DNA from: Octopus sinensis
Lineage: Eukaryota
Reading direction: 5' to 3'
DNA: 64,000 nt
Assembly (NCBI RefSeq): GCF_006345805.1
Contig: NC_042999.1
Span: 63,612,001 to 63,676,000 of the forward strand
Shown here: positions 39,657 to 54,095 of the stretch, piece by piece
How positions within the stretch are numbered: the first letter of the stretch is position 1
Layout of the letters: each line of letters starts with the position of its first letter
The notes under the pieces: model-generated
Told to the model about the DNA's origin: nothing
Databases searched by the model: none
What the model saw: the letters and a program-made list of their open reading frames with translations, nothing else
Position numbers and translations under genes: made by a program

Positions 39657-42600
39657 CTAGAAGAAAGGCAAGAAAAACGATCATTAAATTGAGACAATAT
39701 AAAGAAACAAAGTGTCTTTTGTGAATATTAAGGCATTCATCTGTTTCATAAGTCTACAAAGTTATTTACTGGAGATAATATTTTAGGGTGAAACCCACAC
39801 CTACCACACTGGTATAATCCATAGAGATAGAAAATATCACCAATACAATTGGCACCTGTGCTGCTACAATAATTGCCAGAACAATACATGGAGTGCAGCT
39901 CCACATTCAATCTTAGGCTTCTTACACTGAGTTTTCTCAAGTTATTAGATCCAACAGTAGGATCATCTCAGACCAGAGTTTCACTATTGTCTTAGTATGA
40001 AAACTGGAAGAGTTGATCTTAGCGTGCTGTGCTAATGAATTACATTGCTTAACAATCTTACAATGCAGCTACTATTTACAGTGATGAGTTGATCTTATAG
40101 TGTGGTACCTATTTTTAGTTAGGTGTACTCAAGCCATTTCAGAATTAGCTAAGACACACAACAATGCAGTGAAAGGATACATACAGCTAACCCCTTGGTC
40201 CACTATCAAGTATACTATCAACTTGGTCATCCATTCTGAAATAACAATTCATAATGACTTTTCTTACATCGTAAGCTAGTGTATGTTATTCCACAAAACT
40301 TCACCCACGTTAACAACTTCAAATTTCATCAAAGTATATGACACTATACATCATGAACATTTTCTGGAAACCACTACTCTGTCCAACTCTAATCATTTGG
40401 ATAACAAATTTTTTATTCCCACCATTTTTAATTCTCAACAGCTCAAGATACACTCTTTGATAAATGTCTGTGTATACATGTAATCCGCTCTCTTGCTCAC
40501 TCCTCTGCTACTTCTACTACTCCCAAAACTATTCTACTCATTGGCTGTTTGAAAGATGTCTTTTGTATAGAAATTTCACTGAACATCTTTTTGAAGTTAA
40601 TGTAGTTATAAATTTTGTAGTATAGAACTGTTGCACTCCACTCACACTAGCACTGCTGATGTAAAGGCCAAACCATCTGTCAGCATCAATCAGTATCCAC
40701 TCCTACCTGTATCTCTTCCTCACCTCCAAACTCAAGAATTACTGTCTCTGCCTAATAGAAACAACACCAAAACTACAGTAAGGTAGCAGTCTCACCCAGC
40801 CATCTTAACACATGTTAAGCAAAATTGCTTTTGGCCTTTCATATGGACAGTGTCTCCTTTTTGGATGTGGAAAACACTTGCTGTACCACTGAACAATAGA
40901 CTATATAACTGTCTACCACAAACCCTAATCCTCCCTTAAAATTATATGGTACTTCAAAACAGCTGACTGAGATGCTACCAGTTTTGGGGGAGGGGTTTTT
41001 ACCAACTTACTCTGACTCATCTGAGACAGTTAAACAGGTAACTGAAACCACTGTACTTCTAACATTTCTTCACATTTTTCATATAACCAAAGCTCAAGAT
41101 CTCTGAGTGGTTATTCCACAGCTGTGCTGCAGAGGTACAAGCAAAGAACACTGCTTTCTTGAAGAAAATGATTCACTGCAAGACTGCCATCTGTGGAACA
41201 AAGAGTGCTTTGTGTACAACATAAAAGCACCCCCATCCCCTCTCTTTCTCTCCCCTACCAAACTGCAGTAGTGCCTTTTGGTCTCTTGCTATGAGGACCT
41301 CTGCTAAATTTGTAGAACCTTTCTACCTACACTCCTCAACCCAGTCAGTAGTATCCATAATGAAAAATTTTCAAATTTACTCTGCTCTCAACTAAATTCT
41401 CCTAATGCTTACAATATCACTACTATATCTACACACACACAGTAACGAAATGAGACAACCCCTCCAACTAACAACAAAATCTACTCTAGGACTAGCTCCT
41501 ATCCATAACATCCTTTAATCTCTCTCCTAGGAGTTCTACTAATCTTTAGAGACATGCCACACACTCCAAAAGAGCAACATCTCTGACCTTTATAAGCAGG
41601 ATGAGATTTGGGTGCTACTGTCTTAACATATTCCTCAGTTCCCAGCACATAGGAGAAACACAAGATGGTCATGGCTGGAATACCTTTGATCATAAGTCTG
41701 CACAGTCAGCTTTAGCCAGGGGTTAAAAAATATCGACTTTTGATCTAATGCCTCTACACCAACTACTACAATTTGTTTCCCTTGAAACAGAAAGGGATCA
41801 GCCTGCTTTATCTGCTAGAAATAGTAAATACAGATCAGTCAACCATCTTTAAAAAGAAAGGAAGGACACATTGGATAAGGAACACTGTATGAATAAAGCA
41901 GATGCTAAGGTCACAACTGGCATACCATTAAACATAGATCTACTGAAGTGGTGCAAAACAACTATTCCACTCTCACTGATGAAACTGAATTCTCTACCAA
42001 ATATTGTAGTACACATATTCTAAATCTTCTTTCCCAAAATTTACACTCCTTTCCCACAGTCTTCACTAACTCTGATGGCACCATTCTCCTCAGTGAACAC
42101 ATAAAATGGTTGCAAGCCAATGAAAGCTCATTTTTTTAAAGTAACCTGCTAGAAATAGCAGTTAAATTTCCAACAAATTTTTGACAGGGAAAGTACATTA
42201 GATATATAGCTCACTGCCTAGAGAGATAAAAAAAAGATGATCATGACAGAACATAGTTAATCATAGCTCTGCACAGTTAGAGTTGGAATGGGGCAAAACA
42301 ATAATGTAGAATAATAGTGAAATGAGTTTCCAGTTATTATAAGTCAGCTTAGGCAGTAAAATGGTAGAAACAGAGGTTAGTTCTCAATACATTCTCAGTT
42401 CAAACCTTACCAGAGTCACCTTTACCTTTCATTCCTATCACTGTCATTTTATTCGAATCAATATGGATTGATTCCAATTATTCATACATGACTCTTCTAC
42501 AATTTTGCCCCTAGTAAGAAATCATTATCTTCATTTCACATCCACTTTTCCATGCTTGCATGGGTCGGGACAGAATTCATTGAGGCAGATCTTTTCAATT

Positions 42601-43909
42601 GAACAAGACCCCAGGCATGTTTGATGTAGAGAAGTAGAAACAAGTAACACCATTTAACCCTTTAGTATTCAGATTATTCTGTCAAATGTAATGCTTATGT
42701 AATCAAATTGGTTTGAATTAATCATGCAAAAGCATCATAGCACTGAAATTTTGAGGATGTGACTGCTTATTCTTAGAATGACATTGTAGGATAAGTGTGC
42801 AAAGCCAGATCTGGACGGTTTGAACATAGAACAGGTAGAATATTTGGGCCGGATATGGCCGGTTTAAATGCTAAAGGGTTAAGGAGGCTTTTGTTTACAA
42901 AGATCACATAACATGAGAAAACCTGTCAGGAACCATCGGCTGTTTCCAAGTACGGTCATATGGTGGCCAGACGTTTTTTCACAGGAGACTGGAATTGAAG
43001 AACATCACTTGCATGATGCTGATGATGTTTGTTTACAGTCATCACATCATATCAAGAAACGGTACACACACATACATACATATATATACATATACACATA
43101 CACACATACATACATATATATACATATACACACACACATACATACATATATATACATATACACATACATACATACATATATATACATATACACATACATA
43201 CATACATACATATATATACATATACACATACATACATACATACATATATATACATATACATACATACATACACATATATATACATATACATACATACATA
43301 CACATATATATACATATACATACATACATACATACATATATACATATACACATACATACATACATACATATATATACATATACACATACATACATACATA
43401 CATATATATACATATACACATACATACATACATACATATATATACATATACACATACATACATACATACATATATATACATATACATACATACATACATA
43501 TATATACATATACACATACATACATACATATATATACATATACACATACATACATACATATATATACATATACACATACATACATACATATATATACATA
43601 TACACATACATACATACATATATATACATATACACATACATACATACATATATATACATATACACATACATACATACATATATATACATATACACATACA
43701 TACATACACATATATACATATACACATACATACATATACACATACATACATATACACATACATACATATACACATACATACATACATATATACATATACA
43801 CATACATACATACATACATATATATATATATACATACATATACATACATATACATACATATATATATACATATACATACATACATATATATATACATACA
43901 TATACATAC

Positions 43910-43942
<33 letters not shown>

Positions 43943-45904
43943 CATATACAATACATACATATATATAATACATACATATACATACATATATATATATACA
44001 TACATATACATACATACATACATATACATACATACATACATATACATACATATATATATATATACATACATATACATACATATATATATATATATACATA
44101 CATATATATATATATACATACATATACATACATATATATATATATACATACATATACATACATATATATATACATACATATATACATATACATACATACA
44201 TGTATATATTATATATACACACAAGCTTCTTTCAGTTTCCATCTACCAAATACACTCACAAGGCTTTGGTTGAGCCAGTGCTATAGCTGAAAAGATTTGG
44301 CCAAGGTGCCATTCAGTGGGACTGAACCCAACTGGATGCCCTTCCGAACCCAAGACCAATCGGTTGGGAAGCAAGCTTCTTACTAATATTAAAATCATCT
44401 TAAAGCAGCGTGCTGGCAGAGTTGTTAGCAAGCTGGGCAAAATACTTAGTGGCATTTAATCCATATTTATGTTCTGAGTTCAAATATCACTAAGTTCAAC
44501 TTGCCTTTAATCCTTTTGGAGTCAATAAACTAAATACCAGTTGAGGACTGGGGTTGATCTAATTAACTTACCCGTTCTCCTGAACTTGCTGGCTTTGAGC
44601 CAAAATTTGAAACCAATATTAATAATCGTCTTGACATTAATAATAAAAGATTAATTATAGACCTACTTACCGCCAGTAAGTTACCAAAATCTTGCCAAAA
44701 TCCATAATTTGGTATTTGTTCAAGGCCCTTTGCTTCTAAGACAAACCTCATGTATAAGAAGCCAATAACAAAGTAGGCAACAACAATACTGATAAAACTG
44801 TCAAAGAGACAACATATTAAAAACATATTTTAAAAAGGAAATAAGGATCTTATATTTTAATCAATCATAATTTAATTTGAAGCGGGTGTTAAAAGCTAAC
44901 TAGAAATAATAACTTTACAATAGCTTATAATATAAGAACATGTACAGTGACATTACAATTACTACTGCCTATACAACCCCTAATAAACACTAATTCCCAT
45001 GAGGAGAGTGTGAGTTCTGACACTTGGGAAGATAAAAATAAAATATGAGTAGAATCAAAATGATATTACTTGACTATTTTTATTGTTCTGCTAAGTCATC
45101 ATCATCATCGTTTAACATCCGTTTTCCATGCTAGCATGGGTTGGACGGTTCAACCGGGGTCTGGGAAGCCAGGATCTGCACCAGGCACCAGTCTGATCTG
45201 GCCGTGTTTCTACAACTGGATGCCCTTCCTAACGCCAACCACTCCGTGAGTGTAGTGGTTGCTTTTTACGTGCCAGGCGAGGCTGGCAACGGCCATGATC
45301 GGTTGGTGCTTTTTACGTGCCACCGGCACAGAAGCCAGTCAAGGCGGCGCTGTCATCGGCCACGTTCAGATGGTGCTTTTTACGTGCCACCTCCAAACAT
45401 GTTACAGACTATTCTGACCTCATCAGCAATGCATAAGCTGTCAAAGTAGTGATGGAAGAATTGCTAAGTAAATATAAAAGTTTCAGTAGTTAATTCAACT
45501 GCATGACTTTGATAATATGGTCAGTGTCATCTACAGAACACATTACATACTGATGTTTGTGAGGACCAAACTTTACAGCAGGGGTGCTCAACCAGAGTCC
45601 AGATGGCCTTTGTGGGTCTAAATAAGATTTTCTTATTAAAATTTGTGCAGTAAATTGCTGATACTTCTACAATGCACAAAATATTTTTATTTTTTTAGAC
45701 AACAGGTGCAGGAGTGGCTGTGTGGTATGAAGCTTGCTTCCTAACCACATGGTTCCAGGTTCAGCCCCACTGTGTGGAACCTTGAACAAGTGTCTTCCAC
45801 TATAACCTTGGGCTGACCAAAGCTTTGTGAAACAGAAAGAAGCCCATCATGTGTATGTGTGTGTGTGCGTGCGAGTGTGTATATATATATATATACATAT
45901 ATAT

Positions 45905-45990
<86 letters not shown>

Positions 45991-46246
45991 GATCTGGGGC
46001 CCCCTTCGGTCACGACAGAGACCTTGGGATTGCACCTAGAAAGTTACCCACCCAGACACAATTCCAGGCAAGGCTGTTTATGGAAGACCAGCAGTCGCCC
46101 ATGCATATCGGCCTCCCCTCTCCATGCCACCAGTGTTATCCAAGGGAAACGCAAAGGCCAATACAGCTTGGAACCTGTGACATCGCAACTCATTTCTACA
46201 CCTGAGTGAACTGGAGCAACATGAAATAAAATGTGCCTTCACATAC

Positions 46247-46278
<32 letters not shown>

Positions 46279-46573
46279 TTTTATATATAAAAGTGAAGTT
46301 GTGTGTCTGTCTCCTACGATTTAGATTCCTAACTACTCCCACATTTTGCGGTGCAGTGTAACCAAAAGTGGGTATCTTATAGTTGTGATTCATATCGAGC
46401 CCTTCTGGGTATTAGCGCACGTCTACGATGAGTCAACGATTTAAAAAAAAATTTACCATCATTTTTTTTCCATTTTTAATGCATTTTTTCGCTATTTTTT
46501 GCCTATAACTCTCTAAAAATGCTTATATAGTTATTTCCCTTACAAACCCGAGCAATGCCGGGCGATACTGCTA

Positions 46574-46638
<65 letters not shown>

Positions 46639-49600
46639 ATATGTGTGTGTGTATGTATATATTTGTGTGTGTGTGTGTGTGTGTCTGTGTCATCCCCCCA
46701 TCGCTTGTCAAATGATGTTGGTATGCTTACGTCGCCTATAACTTAGTGGTTTGGCAAAAGAGACCGACAGAATAAGTACTAGGCCTACAAAGAATGAGTC
46801 CTGTGGTCAATTTATTTGACTAACGGCAGTGCTCCAGCATGGCCACAGTCAAGTGATTGAAACAAGTAAAAGAAATAAATTCCTAATAATATTTAATCGT
46901 AAAGTTACAGTAGGATGTTTCTTATACACATCAAAAGGCTGTGAGGGTCCAGTAGAATAAAATGGGAACAAAAGGGGATCCATAGGAAAAAAATGGTTGG
47001 AAAACACTGCTTGACAGTATGAGAGCACCATAGTTTACTACAACTACCAACTTTTTTTTTTTTTACTTGTTTAAGTCATTTGACTGTGGCCATGCTGGAG
47101 TACCGCCTTTAGTTGAGCTATTTGACCCCAGGACTTATTCTTTGTAAGCCTAGTACTTATTCTATTGATCTCTTTTGCCGAACCGCTAAGTTACGGGGAT
47201 GTAAATACACCAGCATCGGTTGTCAAGCGATGTTGTGGGGGACAAACACAAACATATACACACACTCATATATATATATATATATACGACGGGCTTCTTT
47301 CAGTTTCCGTCAACCAAATCCACTCACAAGGCTTTGGTCAGCCCGAAGCTATAGTAGAAGACACTTGCCCAAGGTGCCACGCAGTGGGACTGAACCTGGA
47401 TCCATGTGGTTCGTAAGCAAGCTACTTACCACACAGCCACTGCTACGCCTACAGTCACTCCTTCGCCTACAATTTTTATAAATCTCTCTCTCGCTTTCTT
47501 TCTTCCAACGGGTGTAATTGGTAGAACATGTTAGAGTGATATGAATAGTAGGAAGGTGTATTCCATAGCTGAATGTCTGATTCTGTAATATAAGAGAGGC
47601 TGGAAATGGCAGGAATAATAGTTTTTACTAAGGGAGATAAATCTTGCTTGCATAACTTCGCGCAAACGAAATAAACAATCTTTAACAACTTAGCTATGAA
47701 CAAATTGAGCTGTAAGAGGTAACATGCTACATTTCGACCTACAGCCAACAATTGAGCTCCTACGTGCTTTAAGTAACAGTCAAACCATTTACAAATTTTT
47801 TGAAGGAGAAACAACAGCAACTTAAATATAAGACAACTTTCCAATATCTTATAATATAAGACTGGGTGCAGTGATATGACTATTAAAAACTAATGTTACA
47901 ACAGCTATTAATACTAATATTTCAGAAATGAGTTGTAGCAAAAGTTAATGATCTGTGAACTTACACAATTACAATGATAGATCCAACACTTATTGATGGT
48001 TGTTTCTTACAGACAGATGGATGTAAAAGTGTAAACACATAGTAGTTATCAGTTTTCTTGATGTTTTGAGAGATAATTTGAATTTGGGGATTATCCTGTA
48101 AATAAGAGAAAAACAAACAAATCAAGTGAACATTGTAGGCAGGAAACAAGAACATATAACATACTGGTAATGATTTCAATATCAAACAAAAAAGCACTGA
48201 GTTGGTAGAATTCTTATCATGCCAGACAAAATGCTTTGCAGCATTTCTTCTGGTTTTATGTTCTGAATTCAAATTCTGCTGTGGTCAACTTCGCCCTTAA
48301 TCCTTTTGGGATCAATAAAATAAGAACCATTGTGATCAGTGTAACTGACTGGCTCACTTCCCCCAAGCTTTCAACATTGTGCCTATATCATCATCATCAT
48401 CATCGTCGTCATTTAACTTCCGTTTTCCATGCTAGCATGGGTTGGACGGTTCGACCGGGGTCTAGGAAGCCAGAAGGCTGCACCAGGCTCCAGTGTGATC
48501 TGGCAGTGTTTCTACAGCTGGATGCCCTTCCTAACGCCAACCACTCCGTGGGTGTAGTGGGTGCTTCTATGTGCCACCGGCACAGGGGCCAGAGAAGGCT
48601 GGAAACGTCCACAATCGGTTGGTGCTGTTTACGTGCCACCGCCATTGATGCCAGTCAAGGCGGCGCTGGCATTGGCCACATTTGGATGGTGCTTTTTAAG
48701 TGCTGCCGGCACAGGTATCACAACTACAATTTCAATTTGATATTTATTTTGATGTTGATATACTTGACTCAATAGGTCTCCTCAAGCACAGCAGGTCGCC
48801 CTACAATCCAAGGTAAGCACAGCAGGCCGTCCTGCGAGCCATGAACTCACTTCATCTGTCAGGTCTTCGCAGTCACAGCATATCTCCAGAGGTCTATACT
48901 AGAAAGAAATACTGGTTTTAAATTTCGGCACAAGGCTGGAAGTTTTTGGGGAGGGGGGTAAGTCAATTACATCAGCCCCAGTGTTCAACTGGTACTTATC
49001 TTATTGACCCTGAAAGGATAAAAGCAAAGTCGACCCTGGTGGAATTAGAACTCAGAACGTAAAGATGGACCAAATGCTGCTAATCATTTTGCCCAGCATG
49101 ATAACAATTCTGCCAGCTCTCCGCCTTGGACTAGAAAGAAATATTAAGCAATCATCATTATAATCATTTAATGTTCATCTTCCAAGCTGGCATGGCTTGG
49201 ACTATACATAGCAAAACTTCAATATTATGTATGTATCATCATTATCACTTACATCAATTTTTCCATACCTACATCTCTTCTAAGCTAATATTCTTCTGAA
49301 TAAATGCTGTTGCAACTCTTTCTGTTACTTTAATAACTTCCCCCACCAATTTGATGACTTCAAGTAGATTCTTTTGAGAGCAATTCATTTTTTTTCTTGC
49401 AGTAGTTGATAATGAAACTGGTATGACATATATTAGATATGACACCTCTCTGTTCTACTTGATTATGCAAATATCAAGAACAGAATGTCTTCAAATTTAT
49501 CAAGTATTTTCAGCATTTTAGAGACTATCTCTAATGGTCCAGCTGTTTTCATTGCCTCATGTACCCTTTCAACCACTTAATGATTAACTGATTTTAAACA

Positions 49601-50622
49601 GCTGTTCCTCTGTTAGGCAGTGGATAACAGAATTGTTAAGAGTGTTTGGATGAAATATCATGTAGTATTTCTCCTGACTACTTTTATTCTATATTCCTGG
49701 ATGATAGATTAATCAGTCACCCAGTCTGACTTAACCTCCTGATCCCTGGATGCCCTTAATGCAGGTCCCTCAGTTTTAAGCATCAAGGCTAGGTTTCCAG
49801 TCATAAGTTAACTTCCTCCTCAACTCCCACCAGTCTTGGAGGTTCTAAAAAAAAGTAGCATGGAAAACAAATCAAACTGTTGGACGTTGTCCTCCTTTTC
49901 TTGATTAAGCTGAAAAAATAAATTTCATTAGTCTGGGAAAGTCCCACATATGTCATGGATTTAATCCTGCCTTCTCAGACAAATTAATAAAACTAGATAA
50001 ACAAAAATTACTTACATCAGTTGCAGATTCGTCACAAATGATCATAAGAAGAGCCTTCTTCTTATTGTAGGTATTGCGATATTCTAACGATACCCAGTTA
50101 TCTGTTGAAGTATAAATATATAGAATATATGCATAAATATATAGAATATATGTGTGTGTTTGTATACATACATACATAGTCATTCATTTTAAGTCCATTT
50201 TCATATGAAAGCAAAAATAGGAAGAACACTTACTGAGGCATTAATTTGCAGATGAATGAACTTCTCAATGCTAGCTCTCAACTATTTTTCAAGTAAAGAA
50301 CCTTTATATATCACTTGTCATCAAATTAACAGTTAAGTTCAACGTAACATCACTGTTCATTTTGGTCAAATGTTTCATACAAATATGTGGAATGTAAATA
50401 TTCTCATACACAGATACCACACACACACACATTAATCATTGAAATTCCAAGCAAGTCTGATTTTCATTTTTATTACTTACAATTTTTACAATTTTACAAT
50501 ATTATAATGATAGAATATCATATATCTATTGTGATAAGACTAGTATTTTCATGCACTATGCAATGATTAGGTTTATGTAGTAGTAGTGACAGTTGTATTC
50601 CACAATTGACAACTATATATAT

Positions 50623-50657
<35 letters not shown>

Positions 50658-51112
50658 TACTGCCTGACTGGCCCTCATGCCAGTGGCACGTAAAAGCATC
50701 CACTACACTCTTGGAGTGGTTGGCATTAGAAAGGGCATCCAGCTGTAGAAACTCTACCAGATCAAGATTGGAGCCTGATGCAGCCATCTGGTTCAGCAGT
50801 CCTCGTCCAACCCATGCCACCATGGAAAGCGAATGTTAAACGATGATGATGATGATATATATATATATATATTTAAATAATGAGGGAGATAAATTAATAT
50901 TAATTTTAATATCAATTTAAAACCAGTAGTCTAGCATACAAAAAATCTGAGAAATCAGAGAAAATTCTAATATATGTGTATATTGGCAGGGCAAGACTGC
51001 TAGGTAGTCAGCCGTATGCTAAAAATAGATCATCAACGATCAAACGATCGTTGATGATCTATTTCTAGCATACGGCCGACTACCTAGCAGTCTTGCCCTG
51101 CCAATATACATA

Positions 51113-51143
<31 letters not shown>

Positions 51144-52859
51144 GGTTGTTTATATATCATTATCCTCATCATTGTTTTACCATCTACTTTTCCATACTTG
51201 CATGGATCAGATGAGGCCAGATACCCTTCCTGTTACCAACTATCTTTTGTTTCCAAAGAATTAATAATCACCCAGTCTACTGAACAATTAACAGCCCAGA
51301 TATGTTTTATGCAAGGAACTGGAAACAAACAACACTGTTTAAGGAGCTTTCTGTTTACAAAGATTACACAACATGTCAATATATGTTGTGAGGCTCGGAT
51401 ATCCTTTCAAGGTGGACAAGAAACCAAGGACACCAGCAGGATCCATTGTTTACAAATCAGTAAATATGAGGGAAACACACAAACACATTTTCCAACACAT
51501 GCCAGTGTGGAAGATGGATGTTAAACAACAATGAAGACGATGATATAGATATACAACGCATACACACAATGTGCTTCTTCAGTTTCTGTTAACCATATCC
51601 ACTTAGAAGGCTTTGGTCAGCCTGGGGCTATAGTAGAAAACATTTGCCTAAAGTGCTATGCAGTGGGACAGAATCCAAAACTATGTGATTGGGAAATGAA
51701 CTTCACTAGCCACATAGGAATTATTTAAAGTTAGTGAATATTAAATAAAAATTCATAAAAATAAAAATTTAAAATTTATAAAATACAATTAAAAATTTAT
51801 AAAATAAAAATGCAACTCAGTGCAAGGAAGTAAAATCTGCAAGTCCCAGGTAAACTATTTCTGGGGAAACAAAAGGAGATAATATCCTTGTTGGAAAATC
51901 TTTGATCATATATCTGCTCAATCAGAGCTAATCTAAGGCTAATCATAACAACATACATTATAGGCATACCATTTACTGTTCAGGTTTCACAATCATACAT
52001 GCTTATGCAATTTTAAAATGCCATTTTAGAACAAAATAAAAAAACTGAAATCATCATCATCATCATTTAACGTCCGCTTTCCATGCTAGCATGGGTTGGA
52101 CGATTTAATTGAGGACTGGCGAACCAGATGGCTGCACCAGGCTCCAATCTGATCTGGCAGAGTTTCTATAGCTGGATGCCCTTCCTAACGCCAACCATTC
52201 CGAGTGTGTAGTGCGTGCTTTTACGTGCCACCAGCATGAGAGCTAATCTGGCGGTACTGGCAACGGCCATGCTCAAATGGTGTTTTTTACGTGCCACCTA
52301 CACAGGAGGCAGTCCAGCGACCTTGCTTGAATGTTTTGTTCATGTGACAGTCAGGCGATGCTGGTAACGATCACGCTCAAATGGTGCTTTTTACGTGCCA
52401 CATAATAATTATTTTATTAAATTCGTCATTGCTTTCAAAATAACTGTAAACAAAGGCAGCATATTTCAACAAAACTATAGTAATGAAAAGATTAATGACT
52501 TTGTGAAATTCAATATCTTGAGATTTGTCTTCACCACTTCATCCTAAGGTTTCTAGGATCACCCTCTTGCAATTCTTCCATCCACACTGAGTTCTTGGCA
52601 CATCTTTAGCAAGCTGTTATCACTCACCTACTTCACATGAGCATATCAACACAGAAGAAAAACAAAATATTTAAAAAAATTTTGTTACTTACCCCCATCT
52701 AATATGTAGGTGTTCGTGATATTGCCAATGACAGTACTGGTCTTGTCAGCACTTTTTATCTGTAGTACAGCAATATCATCTTGGTTAGCACTCTCCATAA
52801 TTGCAGTACATACACCAATGTTATAAATATATTTACCCATCATACCAACAACTTTAAAC
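39537..52859 (-). CDS. M6PR: Cation-dependent mannose-6-phosphate receptor homolog, 5'-partial: complement(join(39537..39656,44671..44797,47965..48095,50016..50101,52693..52859))
   Basis: Phase-consistent GT-AG exons encoding an MRH domain, the TM segment [24 protein letters not shown], and a tail [24 protein letters not shown]...YKGIGDDQL...ERDEHLLPM* that closely matches vertebrate CD-MPR. Confidence 0.95.
42658..42878. mobile_element. piggyBac-like MITE, second family
   Basis: TTAA|CCCTTTAG...CTAAAGGG|TTAA. Confidence 0.75.
43062..44222. repeat. Compound (TA/CA/TACA)n microsatellite expansion
   Basis: ~1.16 kb made almost entirely of A, C and T, with an exact 30-bp unit repeated at 43501-43700. 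Confidence 0.97.
44671..44797 (-). CDS. M6PR: M6PR exon (V)[42 protein letters not shown]
   Basis: Transmembrane segment plus AKG.EQ.P...FW.D.G; tgacag| and |gtaagt. Confidence 0.96.
46279..46574 (+). mobile_element. Non-autonomous Helitron (family A) within a (TA)n tract
   Basis: Same termini and body as 30976-31370, with internal differences. Confidence 0.8.
47965..48095 (-). CDS. M6PR: M6PR exon [43 protein letters not shown]
   Basis: ttacag| and |gtaagt on -. Aligns to ...FYLFEMDSSLAC...LSVGSILLV. Confidence 0.92.
50016..50101 (-). CDS. M6PR: M6PR exon (D)[28 protein letters not shown]
   Basis: caacag| and |gtaagt on -. Aligns to NWIMLIY...RRAVVMISC. Confidence 0.9.
50971..51116. repeat. 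Near-perfect palindrome, 71-bp arms, 4-nt loop
   Basis: tatatgtgtatattggcagggcaagactgctagg...catcaacgatc AAAC gatcgttgatg...ccaatatacatatata; 3 mismatches. Confidence 0.95.
52693..52859 (-). CDS. M6PR: M6PR exon [55 protein letters not shown]
   Basis: ttaccag| and |gtaagt on -. Aligns to YIFRVC...GLVQINK...VVGRLNETHIFNG. Confidence 0.9.
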
Positions 52860-53229
52860 CTGGTAAGAGACAAAAAGATAGGAAGAACAATTTACAAGTT
52901 TTCACCCCGTTACATAGAGTTTGTATTGTTTTGCGTTTGCTTTTGTGTGTATTTTTTTTGTTCTGGAATGTCCAGAGATATTAATAGAGTTATGTCCCTT
53001 ACTTGGTTTTAAGATCTTGTCTCCTACAAGGAGTTTTTGCTTACTAATTACCTTGATAATCTCAGTAGACCAAGATTTTTTCAACTAATGTTTTTCATAT
53101 GTGAAATACTACTTCTTTTGAATTTAGTATAAGGAATACTATTCCACTAAGGTATTTTCCTAAGCCATATTGCAGAAATCCATAAGTATCACTACATTCT
53201 CTCTCTCTCTCTCATACACACATACATAT

Positions 53230-54095
53230 AAGCTGGGCAAAGTTCAGAGAGCTCCTAACTCTGCTGCTAACAAAGGGTCTCTATCTCACAGAATGAAAGG
53301 CCCGTGTGCAAACAGCTATGCTACACAGCAGAGAAACATGGACTGTGACCATCAAGGACATGCGTAGGCTTGAAAGAAATGAAGCTAGCATGCTTCACTG
53401 GATGTGCAACATAAGTGAGCATGTATAACAGAGTGTAAGCATCTTAAGAGAAAATTGGGCATAAAAAGCATCAGATGTGGTGTGCAACAGAGACAACTGT
53501 GCTGGTATGGTCATGTGAGGTGTATGGACGAGGACAGCTGTATAAAGAAATGCTGATCTCTAAATGTGGAGGGAACCTGTAGTAGAGGTAGACCAAGGAA
53601 GACATGGGACGAGGTGGTGAAGCATGATCTTTGAATGTTGGGCCTCATGGAGGTAATGACTAGTGACCAAGACCTTTAGCAATATGCTGTGCTTGGGAAG
53701 ATCCGTCAAGCCAAGTGAAATCATAGTCATGACCGATGCTGGTGTCACATAACTGGAACCCGTGCCAGTAGCACATAAAATGCACCTTTTGTGCATTGGG
53801 CCCCATGGAGGCAATGACAAATGACCTAGACTTTTGGCAATATGCTGTGCTTGAGAAGAAGACTCATCAAGTCAAGTAAAATCAGTTGTAGCTGATACTG
53901 GTGTCACACAACTGGCACCTGTGCTGATGGCACATGAGAGCACCCATTACACATTTAGGGTGGATGGTGTTAGGAAGGGCATCAAGCCATAGAAACCATG
54001 CCAAATCAGACTGGAGTCTGGTGCAGCTCGGCTTACCACCCTAGGTTAAACCGTCCAATACACATCAGCATGGACAACGGACATTAAATGATGAT
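53230..54095 (+). mobile_element. RTE-clade LINE 3' fragment (ORF C-terminus plus 3' UTR)
   Basis: Decayed LREKLGIKSIRCGVQ.RQLCWYGHV.CMDED...[20 protein letters not shown], then aggaagggcatc and a GAT tail; a similar fragment lies on - at ~35560-35825. Confidence 0.8.

Noticed and set aside
42913-44290. Six long ORFs (351-431 aa) rich in Y/I/H/T or M/Y/V/C
   Set aside because: They are translations of a stop-free (TA/CA)n microsatellite, open in all six frames; not proteins.
52902-53084. Candidate upstream M6PR exon (also 57790-57910 and 62406-62636)
   Set aside because: Wrong phase or in-frame stops, no signal peptide plus Cys pattern, and the sequence resembles dispersed repeats.
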